Positions 50,299 through 59,751 of a DNA stretch of 64,000 nucleotides are shown in pieces (the stretch's first letter is position 1; each line of letters begins with the position of its first letter). The DNA comes from Candidatus Micrarchaeia archaeon (GTDB lineage Archaea; Micrarchaeota; Micrarchaeia; CABMEP01), in the NCBI GenBank assembly GCA_038886535.1, contig JAVZXS010000002.1:96001-160000 (forward strand), read 5' to 3'. The translations under genes and the position numbers were made by a program. A model generated the notes under the pieces. That model worked only from the letters and a program-made list of their open reading frames with translations, did no database searches and had not been told where the DNA came from.

Positions 50299-51219
50299 TT
50301 AGTCTTTTTCCTGCAAGTATTTTTCAACATCTATCGCAGCCTTGCATCCATCTCCAGCCGCTGCAATTGCTTGCTTGTATCTTTTATCAGCAACATCACC
50401 TGCAACAAAAACGCCTTTTATGCTGGTCTCAGTGTTTTCTTTCTTTATGATGTACCCATTCTCATCAATTTCTATCTGTCCTTTAAATAAGTTAGTTGCT
50501 GGCGAGTGTCCAATCGCAATGAACACCCCGTCTATTTTCATTTCTTTTTCTTCTCCAGTTTTGACATTTTTTATTCTTATCCCAGTTACCTTCTCTTCAC
50601 CAAGTATCTCAGTTACTACTGTATCCCATATGAATTTTATCTTCTGGTTTGCAAATGCTCTTTCTTGCATTATCTTGGTTGCCCTTAACTGATCTCTTCT
50701 ATGAATAATAGTAACGGAATTAGCAAATTTTGTTAGGAATATTGCATCTTCCAATGCAGTATCTCCCCCTCCAATTACTGCAACATCTTTTCCTTTAAAG
50801 AAAAATCCATCGCATGTTGCACAACCCGAAACGCCTTTTCCTATGAGCTTTGATTCGCCAGGAACTCCAAGCCATTTTGCAGTTGCACCAGTTGCAATAA
50901 TCACTGCTTTTGCCTTTAATTCATTAGTTTCTGTTTTAATTGTAAAAGGTCTATTTCTGAAATCCACACTTACAACTTCTTCATCTATAAATCTGGTTCC
51001 AAATTTCTCAGCCTGTTTTCTCATGTTATCCATCAGTTCAGGACCCATTATTCCATCTGGAAAACCAGGAAAATTCTCAACTAGAGTAGTTTGACTTATC
51101 TGCCCTCCAGGTTGCATACCTGATATCACTATAGGTTTAAGTTCTGCTCTTGCTGCATATATTGCAGCTGTTAATCCAGCAGGACCAGATCCAATAATTA
51201 TAACATTTTCTATTTCCAT
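50299..51219 (-). CDS. trxB: thioredoxin-disulfide reductase
   Basis: GSGPAG, CATCDG, GGGDTA, AGD. Confidence 0.97.
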   Translation of the reverse strand: MEIENVIIIGSGPAGLTAAIYAARAELKPIVISGMQPGGQISQTTLVENFPGFPDGIMGPELMDNMRKQAEKFGTRFIDEEVVSVDFRNRPFTIKTETNELKAKAVIIATGATAKWLGVPGESKLIGKGVSGCATCDGFFFKGKDVAVIGGGDTALEDAIFLTKFANSVTIIHRRDQLRATKIMQERAFANQKIKFIWDTVVTEILGEEKVTGIRIKNVKTGEEKEMKIDGVFIAIGHSPATNLFKGQIEIDENGYIIKKENTETSIKGVFVAGDVADKRYKQAIAAAGDGCKAAIDVEKYLQEKD

Positions 51220-51349
51220 TTTACCACCAAATCACATAATCTTAAGCAAGATGTTAATAATATATGTAATTAAATTCATGAACCTTTCTATTGATTATTA
51301 ATATGTTTAAAATAATTGCTGTTTAATATATTTTATTTTGAGTGATTTT

Positions 51350-52030
51350 ATGGTAAAAAAAATGAATTATCTTTTGCTTATAAATTTTAAGGCTTATGAG
51401 TCTTCTATAGGAAAAGCAGCATTAAAGATTGCGAAACAGATAGATGAAGCAGCAAAGGAATCAGAGACTGGAATAGATGTCGCAATCGCAGTCCAGCCTT
51501 CCGACATATTTAGATTTGCTGATCTTGACATACCTGTTTTTTCACAGCATATTGATCCAATTGAATATGGTGCACATACCGGACATATTCTTCCTGAAGC
51601 AGTTTTTGAAGCAGGAGCAGTCGGCTCTTTGATTAATCATTCAGAAAAACCACTTGCACTAGATGTTATTGATAAAACAATAAAAAGAGCAAAAGAAACT
51701 GATCTCATTCAGGTAGTGTGCGCAAGCACTCCTAAAATGGCGGCTGCAATTGCTTTGATGGACCCTGATTTCATTGCAATCGAGCCTCCTGAACTCATTG
51801 GTGGGGAAATTTCAGTTTCAAAGGCAAATCCAGACATCATTACAGATACAATCAATTCAGTTCATGATGTAAATGATAAGATTCCAGTTCTTTGTGGCGC
51901 TGGAGTTAAAAATTCCGAGGACGTAAGAATGGCAATTGAACTAGGTGCAAGAGGGATACTTGTCGCTAGCGGAGTTACTAAGGCAAGCGATCCAAAACGA
52001 GCAACACTTGAACTATTAAAAGGATTTTAA
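51350..52030 (+). CDS. tpiA: triosephosphate isomerase (archaeal type)
   Basis: INFKAY, INHSE, AIEPPELIG, CGAGV, LVASG. Confidence 0.97.
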   Translation: MVKKMNYLLLINFKAYESSIGKAALKIAKQIDEAAKESETGIDVAIAVQPSDIFRFADLDIPVFSQHIDPIEYGAHTGHILPEAVFEAGAVGSLINHSEKPLALDVIDKTIKRAKETDLIQVVCASTPKMAAAIALMDPDFIAIEPPELIGGEISVSKANPDIITDTINSVHDVNDKIPVLCGAGVKNSEDVRMAIELGARGILVASGVTKASDPKRATLELLKGF

Positions 52031-52059
52031 TAAAATTATACTTTGCAAAAGGTGATTAA

Positions 52060-52284
52060 ATGGTAGAGTTGAATCCTATCGAGGAGAAAATCCTAAAAGC
52101 TCTTATAGATTTAGGGGCGACATCTGAAGATAAAATGAAGACAGCAGATCATGTGATGAAAAAGACGAACTTAGCTAAAGGTATAGCGAGTAATGGATTG
52201 ATCTCTCTAGTTAATAAAGGTCTTGTAAAGCGTGTTGCAAGAGAAAAGGCTTCAGGCTATTATGTCCTGCAACCAAAGGTTTGA
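52060..52284 (+). CDS. small winged-helix protein
   Basis: EEKILKAL...KTADHVMKKTNLAKG...L.NKGLVKR...YY. Confidence 0.75.
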   Translation: MVELNPIEEKILKALIDLGATSEDKMKTADHVMKKTNLAKGIASNGLISLVNKGLVKRVAREKASGYYVLQPKV

Positions 52285-52303
52285 TTAATAAAGGAGTGAT
52301 TTT

Positions 52304-52753
52304 ATGGATGATGAAGAAATTTCTTTTTTTGCAAAATACAAAGATTGGGTAGTAATAAAGAAGAAACAGATAGATGATAAAACAGAGGATAAAGAAATAC
52401 TTGCAATTCTCGCTTCAATTAATTCAACTACAGCAAGAAAGGCTTATGACTTTGCCCCGATAGATAAGGCTGTAATTGATAAGTATGTGGCAGAGCTTGT
52501 CAAAGGCAAGAGAAAGGGTTTAAACAATCTTGCAGAAATATTTGGCTCATTAAAACAGAATGAATTAAAGGAGAAATTAATTTCAGCATGCAAAGATAAA
52601 GATGAAACATTCTATCCATTTGCAGAGACATATTTCATTAACTCAATCCTTAAGGCATTGAATTATTCTCCATTTATAGATTCGGAAGTAATTCAAGAAG
52701 TTTATCCAGATATGAAGATGCCAAAGCCGAGGGGCAGAGTGCCTAAAAAATAG
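52304..52753 (+). CDS. DUF2666-like conserved archaeal protein
   Basis: ISFFAKYKDWVVIKK...LASI...YPDMKMPKPRGR. Confidence 0.75.
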   Translation: MDDEEISFFAKYKDWVVIKKKQIDDKTEDKEILAILASINSTTARKAYDFAPIDKAVIDKYVAELVKGKRKGLNNLAEIFGSLKQNELKEKLISACKDKDETFYPFAETYFINSILKALNYSPFIDSEVIQEVYPDMKMPKPRGRVPKK

Positions 52754-52755
52754 AG

Positions 52756-53079
52756 GTGATAAAAATTAAGTATATTCAAATTTTTATTTCATGTAAAAAC
52801 AAGAAAGAAGCACTTGAACTAAGTAATTTACTTTTAAAAGAAAAATTAGCAGCCTGTGTACAATTATTACCAATAAAAAGTTTATATCTTTGGAATGGAA
52901 AGATTGAAAGGGCGAATGAATATTTATGTCTAATAAAGACGATTAATACTAAATTTGAAAATTTAGTTTTAAAAATTAAAAAACATCATTCATATAAAAT
53001 ACCAGAAATATTAGTAATGGACATAAAAGATGGAAATAAAGATTATTTCAAGTGGATTGAAAGAGAACTTAAGAGTTAA
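52756..53079 (+). CDS. cutA: divalent-cation tolerance protein CutA (start may be ATT at 52765)
   Basis: KLAACVQ, S.Y.W.GKIE...E, KT, HSYKIPEI, Y..W. Confidence 0.93.
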   Translation: MIKIKYIQIFISCKNKKEALELSNLLLKEKLAACVQLLPIKSLYLWNGKIERANEYLCLIKTINTKFENLVLKIKKHHSYKIPEILVMDIKDGNKDYFKWIERELKS

Positions 53080-53117
53080 TATTTTATTTTTTGTATTCAA
53101 TAATTATATATAAGTGA

Positions 53118-56100
53118 ATGTATATGAGAATCAATTTATCTTTAGATTGTATTAAATGTTTGTCGAATTCATTAATTAATATTATTTTTTTTGTTTTAAT
53201 ATTATCAGTAAGTCTTTTATTTGCAGCAGAATGTGGGGGTACCAATTGCAGCTGTAATGATGCAGTAATTGAAAATGCAGTTCTTACACAAGATCTTTAT
53301 TGTTATGGAACTGCATTATTAATAGTAATAGATGGAGTGACTTTAGACTGTAACGGCCATACGGTTTTTTCACAGAATCCTATTTATGCCGTTATTGGTG
53401 CTGATAACGTTAGTGGGATTACTATCAAAAATTGTTTTATATCTGGTTTAGCCGCACCATATGGAATTCAATTTTTAGGTGTAAGAAACAGTTTTATTGA
53501 AAATGTTAGAATCTTTGATGTTGGAGATGGTATTTCTATATCGAATTATCTTAATGTAAATACCTCAAATATTGAAATATTAAATAGCGAGATCTATAAT
53601 GTAGATGATGGCATTTTATTAGAAGGAAGTTCACATTTAATTAAAAATATAATAGTTTACAATAATAGCGGTGTAGGCATCATTTCTTATGCAAACAATT
53701 CAGTTATAGAAAATATAACTGCATATAATAATAATATAGGTATTACAGCTCAATATTCAACTGTAAGGTATGTTAATTCTACTAAAAATTCAGTTGGTTT
53801 GAATCTATATTATAGTTCAGCTTCAAATATTATAACAGCAAATAATACATTTTGTGGTTTGATAACTGAGGGTTCAACAATTTTATCAATAAATTCTTCT
53901 GGTAATAAAGATGGTTTATGTTTGTATTCAAATAACTCGATTTATAACGGAAAGAGTATTGACAATTATAGATATGGAATTTATATTCAAGATGAAAATA
54001 ATACTTTAGTAAGTTTAGAAACGAAAAACAATTCTTATGGTGTTTATGTAGATCGATATGGTTCTAATTCTAAATTTGTTAATATTACAACGGTATCTAA
54101 CAGTTATGAAAATTTTGTTTCAGAAGCTAATTATACCAATATTTCTTATTTATATTCATATAATAATAGTGGAGGATATGGAATATATTTAGATTCTAGT
54201 TATAATGAAATTTCAAATTCTGTATTTTCTAATAATTATATAGGGGTTTATTCATCCCAAAATACAAGAAATAATGTACTCAAAAATATAACTTCTATTA
54301 ATAATAATATTGGTATAATGTTGTTTTCTTCAAATAATAATTTACTTTTAGAAATAAACGCTTCAAATAATTTCGGAACCGGAATTTTAATTCAAAGAAG
54401 CATGTTTAATACTCTTTCTAACAATATAATGAGTAATAACATTTATAATTTAATAGTTGATGGTTATGAAGAAACTCAAAATATAGACATTACTAATAAA
54501 GTCGATGGAAAAAAAGTATACTGGTTGAAAAATGTACAAAATCAAATTTATGACTCTTCTTCGGATATAGGTATATTCGCTTGCTTTAATTGTACCAATA
54601 TAACAGTGAAAAATTCCAATTTAAGTAAAAATGGTTTTGGTATTTTGTTTAAAAATGTAACGAATTCATTGATAAAAAACATAACTTTATCATCTTTTGA
54701 CTTTATAAACAAAATATATAAGGATTTGATAATATTAAATGAAAGTAGAAATATAATAATAAGGGAATGTAAATTTTATGATTCCGTTGCCGGTTTCCAA
54801 TTAGTTATATATGGAGGAGAAAATAATCTTATATTCAATAATCTGTTTAATACTTCAGTTTACGATCCAGCTGTATATGTTGATTCAAATAATTTTTGGA
54901 ATAGTAGTTATAATTGTTCAGGTGAAAGAAATATTATCGGTGGAAATTGTATAGGTGGAAACTTTTGGGGTGGCGAATACGGCCATTCAGTTTTTTGTGA
55001 AGATTCTAATAATGATGGTATATGCAATACTCCTTATTATATCGATTATCAGAATATCGATTTTCTACCTATTACTTTCGGGGGTGCAGTTTCTCAGCCA
55101 CCTTATATAAATTTAATATCTCCTCAGAATGAACAAATAATAAATAGAAGTTCTGTTAACTTTACATTTATTGCTACAGATGACGATAGTTCTATTTTGA
55201 ATTGCTCAATTTATTTAAATAATATACCAGTTTCGTCTAATAATCAAGTATTAAATAATACTCTTACTACAATTCAAGTTTTTAATCTGTCAAACGGTCA
55301 ATATCAATGGTACATTTCCTGTTTTGATAATTTAAATAATTTGGGTAATTCTGAAACAAGATACTTTAATATATCTATTTTTTCACCAGTTTGCAGTAAT
55401 TCAATATGTGAATCAGGAGAAAACTACTTAAATTGTCCTTCTGATTGTCAACCTTATTGTGGTGATTTAATTTGCATTTATCCAGAAAACTGCAGTAACT
55501 GCAATACCGATTGCGGGACATGTAACTATACAAACTGTCCTCCAGAAAATCCAATAAGATGTGGTACACAATGTTGTCCATCAGGAACAACTTCATGTAA
55601 CGGAAATTTATGTTGTGTTGCTAGAGTTGGTGATTTATGCTGTGGTAACACGCAGTATCCTTGTTACATTAATGGATCTCCATGGTGTTGTAATTGTCCT
55701 CCAAATCACTTGAACTGCTTTGGTACATGCGTAAATATTTTGACTTCTAATTCTCACTGTGGTACTTGTGGAAGAGTTTGTCCATCGGGGACTACATGTA
55801 TAAATGGTAATTGTGTATCACAAGTTTTCTGTGGAAACGGAATATGTGAATCAGGAGAATCCTGTAGTTCTTGTCCTCAGGATTGTGGTTATTGTCCATC
55901 ATCAGAATGCAGAGCTGGTGAAATTAGATGCGCAAATAAATGCATAAATCCATTAACAGATCCTTCTAACTGCGGAGGATGCGGTAAAACTTGTTATCCA
56001 GGACAAATTTGTTCAAATGGTATTTGTGCTTGTTCATCTGGATTATCATTATGTGATTCTCAATGTGTAAATACTCTTTATAACCCATTTCACTGTGGAG

Positions 56101-57947
56101 GATGTGGTATTTCGTGTCCATCTGGAATCTGCATAAATGGACAATGTATAGGCTCTTGCCCAGAAGGTTATGTTTTATTAAATGGTTCATGTATTAAACA
56201 AGTAGAATGTTCTATATTTACGATACCCTGCGGTCAATCATGCTGTCCTATAAGTCAAAAATGCAATACAGAAACATTAACTTGCGAATTTAGTCCTTGT
56301 AAGAACGGTTTAATCCAATGTGGTCAAGATTGTATAAATCCTTTAATAGATCCATTTAATTGTGGATTATGTAATAACAGATGTCCATTAGATAGTTATT
56401 GCTCAAATGGTAAATGTGTTAAATTAAGCACTTTAATCACATGTGAAGAAGGTAAAATTAATTGTAATGGATTCTGTACTGATATATCTTCAGATCCATT
56501 TAATTGTGGTGGCTGTGGAAAAACATGTAATATAATATCAGAACAATGCATATCGGGAATCTGTGTTCCTAAAACAGTATGTGGATTCGGAGAAATTGCT
56601 TGTGGACCAAACTGCTGTTCACCCGGTCAATCATGTATACAAAATACATGTACACCTAATTTCTGTAGCGAAAATCAAATTCAATGTGGTTCATTGTGTA
56701 TAGATGCATCATCAGATCCAAATAATTGTGGAAGATGTGGATTTAGATGTGACTCTAATCAAAAATGTATAGATGGTATATGTGTATCTATAACATGTGG
56801 GAATGGAATATGTGATGAAAATGAAGATAGCACATCCTGTCCTCAAGATTGTAGAGAATGTATCTATCCAAAAGAACTTTGCAATGGAAGGTGTGTTAAT
56901 TTACAAACAGATAAATACAATTGCGGTTCATGCAATAACAAATGTGATTTAGACTGGAATTGCATAAATGGAACATGTAAAGGTGTACTTAATTCTAGAT
57001 GTAATTCAGATGTAGATTGTGAATTCGGAAAATGTATTGATGGAAAATGTAGATTTATAAATTGTAGAACAGATTCTGACTGCAGATCTGATGAATATTG
57101 TAATGAAATAGGTATTTGTGATGCTGGATGTAGAATATCACCAGATAACTGTAAACAATTTGCAGGTGAAAATTCATATTGTGATATTGCTTCTAGAAAT
57201 TGTGTTTCATTTTCCTGTCCAGAAGGAAGTGTATTACTAAATGGATCTTGTTTTATTTTACTAAATCAAGAATGTAATGAAAGTTGTATTTGTTACAACA
57301 ATAGATGTCTCTCATCCACTCCAATAGAACCAGAAAAATCAATTGTAAAAATAGGAAAACCAATATTCGGTTCTTCAGCAAAAATGTCACCTAAATTAAA
57401 TAATTTAATAGAGATGCAAGCAGCTTCAGATCTTTTCTTTTATTTATTTGAAACATCAAAAACTAAACTTTTATCATACGATAGCTGCCTTAGAGGTTCT
57501 ATATGTTCATCATCAGCTGATTGCTGCGGAGCACCATGCTTAGATTCAAGATGCGCATGCTCTAATTCAGCATGCACAACCACAGCTGATTGCTGTTCAG
57601 GATATTGTGAAAATGGAAAATGCAGCTCTGCACCTGCACAAAAACTATCCTTATTCAGCGCATTAACCAGTCCTAACCTTGGATGTGCAGGCTTGATAGA
57701 AGAATGTTCACCAGATGAAAAGACCTGCATTTCACTATGCAACGGAATGTGGCTTCTTCTTGTATTAGTTGCAGGATCATTCGGTGCATTCACCTGGACA
57801 AGATTCAAACATCCAGTTGCAGGATTGGTAGCGGCATTCACTCCAATATTGATTGGAGTTGCATTATATCCATTCCTTGGAATTGTTTCAGGAATAATAC
57901 TATTCAGCTTACTGATATATAAGAATACAGGGAATATTGAAGCGTAA
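53118..57947 (+). CDS. large surface protein: beta-helix (CASH/NosD) + Ig-like + Cys-rich repeat stalk + C-terminal TM helices
   Basis: Signal peptide, VTLDCNGH, NN..GI repeats, GGNFW, D..PI; 7x [NH]CGxC[GN]; 4x C[GS]xxIC..E....C..DC; C-terminal hydrophobic helices. Confidence 0.85.
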   Translation: MYMRINLSLDCIKCLSNSLINIIFFVLILSVSLLFAAECGGTNCSCNDAVIENAVLTQDLYCYGTALLIVIDGVTLDCNGHTVFSQNPIYAVIGADNVSGITIKNCFISGLAAPYGIQFLGVRNSFIENVRIFDVGDGISISNYLNVNTSNIEILNSEIYNVDDGILLEGSSHLIKNIIVYNNSGVGIISYANNSVIENITAYNNNIGITAQYSTVRYVNSTKNSVGLNLYYSSASNIITANNTFCGLITEGSTILSINSSGNKDGLCLYSNNSIYNGKSIDNYRYGIYIQDENNTLVSLETKNNSYGVYVDRYGSNSKFVNITTVSNSYENFVSEANYTNISYLYSYNNSGGYGIYLDSSYNEISNSVFSNNYIGVYSSQNTRNNVLKNITSINNNIGIMLFSSNNNLLLEINASNNFGTGILIQRSMFNTLSNNIMSNNIYNLIVDGYEETQNIDITNKVDGKKVYWLKNVQNQIYDSSSDIGIFACFNCTNITVKNSNLSKNGFGILFKNVTNSLIKNITLSSFDFINKIYKDLIILNESRNIIIRECKFYDSVAGFQLVIYGGENNLIFNNLFNTSVYDPAVYVDSNNFWNSSYNCSGERNIIGGNCIGGNFWGGEYGHSVFCEDSNNDGICNTPYYIDYQNIDFLPITFGGAVSQPPYINLISPQNEQIINRSSVNFTFIATDDDSSILNCSIYLNNIPVSSNNQVLNNTLTTIQVFNLSNGQYQWYISCFDNLNNLGNSETRYFNISIFSPVCSNSICESGENYLNCPSDCQPYCGDLICIYPENCSNCNTDCGTCNYTNCPPENPIRCGTQCCPSGTTSCNGNLCCVARVGDLCCGNTQYPCYINGSPWCCNCPPNHLNCFGTCVNILTSNSHCGTCGRVCPSGTTCINGNCVSQVFCGNGICESGESCSSCPQDCGYCPSSECRAGEIRCANKCINPLTDPSNCGGCGKTCYPGQICSNGICACSSGLSLCDSQCVNTLYNPFHCGGCGISCPSGICINGQCIGSCPEGYVLLNGSCIKQVECSIFTIPCGQSCCPISQKCNTETLTCEFSPCKNGLIQCGQDCINPLIDPFNCGLCNNRCPLDSYCSNGKCVKLSTLITCEEGKINCNGFCTDISSDPFNCGGCGKTCNIISEQCISGICVPKTVCGFGEIACGPNCCSPGQSCIQNTCTPNFCSENQIQCGSLCIDASSDPNNCGRCGFRCDSNQKCIDGICVSITCGNGICDENEDSTSCPQDCRECIYPKELCNGRCVNLQTDKYNCGSCNNKCDLDWNCINGTCKGVLNSRCNSDVDCEFGKCIDGKCRFINCRTDSDCRSDEYCNEIGICDAGCRISPDNCKQFAGENSYCDIASRNCVSFSCPEGSVLLNGSCFILLNQECNESCICYNNRCLSSTPIEPEKSIVKIGKPIFGSSAKMSPKLNNLIEMQAASDLFFYLFETSKTKLLSYDSCLRGSICSSSADCCGAPCLDSRCACSNSACTTTADCCSGYCENGKCSSAPAQKLSLFSALTSPNLGCAGLIEECSPDEKTCISLCNGMWLLLVLVAGSFGAFTWTRFKHPVAGLVAAFTPILIGVALYPFLGIVSGIILFSLLIYKNTGNIEA

Positions 57948-58161
57948 TTTTTTATCTTTTAATTCTCAAATTTTTGGTCATAATTGAAAATACTTTTATA
58001 AATTAAGAAGTTTATTAGTATAAAATTGTCATACCTTACTTAGGTTCTCAAGAATTCTATTTTCTCATCATAGTTTTCTTTACAGGATTTCTATAAAGCC
58101 AAAGAAAAACGAAAGATTTATATATAACATATTTGTTAAGTACTTAAAGAGGTGTGATTGT

Positions 58162-58926
58162 ATGAATGAGAAATTTAAAAATAAGGTAAGAAAAAGCTTC
58201 TTGACTGCGGCGGGAGTGCTTACAATTTCATCAGCTGTAACATTTGCAAATAAAGTGGAGGCTGAGCCAATTGTGAATAAAGATTATCAAAAAATAGAAA
58301 GTGTTCAAAAGATTGATAATAAAATATACAAAGAGAATATTAAAATTGAGAGAAGTGAAAGAGCTCAAATAAACGCTGAAAATAATATTGAATCCTCTAA
58401 TATTAATTTTTTGAAGATCCCTATAAAGGATCTTTCATCATTCCTTACTGACGGACAGAGAGAGGAACTTTATTCTATATTATTCGATAATAAGAATCAT
58501 ACTGATGTGAAAGAGATTTTAAGTTTGTTACAAAGGAACGCCTCTTTTAAAGATATAGAGGAACTTATGTCAGAACAAGAGAAAGAAGCTTTTATTAATT
58601 TGACAAAGAAAATTGATAAAAATCAAATAACCGAAATAGAGAATACTTACAAGAATAGAATAAAATATGCACTGATAGCATTATCTTTCTTAACATTTTT
58701 ATCAAGTGCATTCATTCTTAAATCTGTAATAGATGCAGCTATTGTATCTGGTGGAGTTGGTTTCTATTTTATTCCTCAAGCAGCAGCAGTTTTAGGTTTA
58801 GAAACAATTGGAATAACACTTACAATAGGTGCAGTAACGTTAGGTTTAATAACAGCAAGTGTTTTTCAAAGAACTCGAAAGGAGTTTAATAAACCAGAAA
58901 AAACAGATAATACAACTGCTTCATAA
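58162..58926 (+). CDS. hypothetical membrane/secreted protein
   Basis: Signal-like N-terminus, C-terminal hydrophobic helices; SD present. Confidence 0.7.
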   Translation: MNEKFKNKVRKSFLTAAGVLTISSAVTFANKVEAEPIVNKDYQKIESVQKIDNKIYKENIKIERSERAQINAENNIESSNINFLKIPIKDLSSFLTDGQREELYSILFDNKNHTDVKEILSLLQRNASFKDIEELMSEQEKEAFINLTKKIDKNQITEIENTYKNRIKYALIALSFLTFLSSAFILKSVIDAAIVSGGVGFYFIPQAAAVLGLETIGITLTIGAVTLGLITASVFQRTRKEFNKPEKTDNTTAS

Positions 58927-58970
58927 ATGATAAGTGTCCTAAAAGTCAAACTATAAAACTAGGTGAAATT

Positions 58971-59453
58971 ATGGAAGAATTTAATTATAAGGTCAATGAA
59001 TCAACAAGAAAATTCATCGAAGATGATTTCAAGGAAAGATTCAAAAAAACCGGCAACTCAATACTGCTAGAGAAGCCATTTCAGAAAGTGGCTGAATATT
59101 ACATTAGGCAGAATGTGCCTGCATATTTGAGAACGCAAAATGCACTTTCAAGCAATTCTGATGCAATAAAGCTAATGCAAAAAACTTTAGACGAATTTAT
59201 ATACAAAATAGAAAGCAAGGAATTGGGTTGGCAATATCTTCTTAGAAAAGACGGATACGAGTGCATAAAGTTGTTTGACAATGCAGGTGAAAACATAATA
59301 GACTACAGTTACAGAGATCCGACTCAAAAACCACCAATAACAATAGAACTCCAGGTCAAAAATATGTTAAACAGATGGATAGGTGGAATTAATAATGAAA
59401 AAGAGATAGAATTGAATAAAGAAGATGAAAGCAAAGATGAAAATATGGAGTAA
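58971..59453 (+). CDS. hypothetical protein
   Basis: GGTG + 5 nt + ATG; 160 aa. Confidence 0.7.
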   Translation: MEEFNYKVNESTRKFIEDDFKERFKKTGNSILLEKPFQKVAEYYIRQNVPAYLRTQNALSSNSDAIKLMQKTLDEFIYKIESKELGWQYLLRKDGYECIKLFDNAGENIIDYSYRDPTQKPPITIELQVKNMLNRWIGGINNEKEIELNKEDESKDENME

Positions 59454-59473
59454 TGGCCTGTAATGACTTATTT

Positions 59474-59734
59474 TTATTCTATTCTTTTCCATATGCCATT
59501 AACATATTCATAAAGAGAACGAGTAGTCGAATCGTACACAATTCCATTTTTATCTGCGACTTCCTTTTCTCTATCGATTTGTATTACTGTTTTATTTCTC
59601 ATCCAATCAAAATGTTTGAACGGATTTGGTTCTATGAGCGGAACTCTCATCTCTTCCTTTTTTCTTTTTTCGCACCAATCAATTACCTCTTTTATCTCTT
59701 TTTTTGGAATTCTACTTAATGAATAATCTGCCAT
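59474..59734 (-). CDS. hypothetical protein downstream of the DRG GTPase
   Basis: 86 aa, TGTG + 5 nt + ATG, 17 bp after the GTPase stop. Confidence 0.7.
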   Translation of the reverse strand: MADYSLSRIPKKEIKEVIDWCEKRKKEEMRVPLIEPNPFKHFDWMRNKTVIQIDREKEVADKNGIVYDSTTRSLYEYVNGIWKRIE

Positions 59735-59751
59735 TTTATCACACTAGTCTT

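Noticed and set aside
39670..51219. Accessory block next to tRNA-Gly as an integrated mobile element
   Set aside because: No integrase or transposase, and no duplicated tRNA 3' end (att site) was seen in the window.
52060..52284. Resemblance to a Z-alpha (Z-DNA-binding) domain
   Set aside because: It aligns as a wHTH, but the key Asn, Tyr and Trp residues of Z-alpha are absent (Ser and Ile at the first two positions, no Trp).
55390..57740. DNA-level repeats suggesting a CRISPR array or diversity-generating retroelement
   Set aside because: The repeats are degenerate Cys-module codons in one reading frame; no reverse transcriptase, cas genes or adenine-specific variable/template pair were seen.
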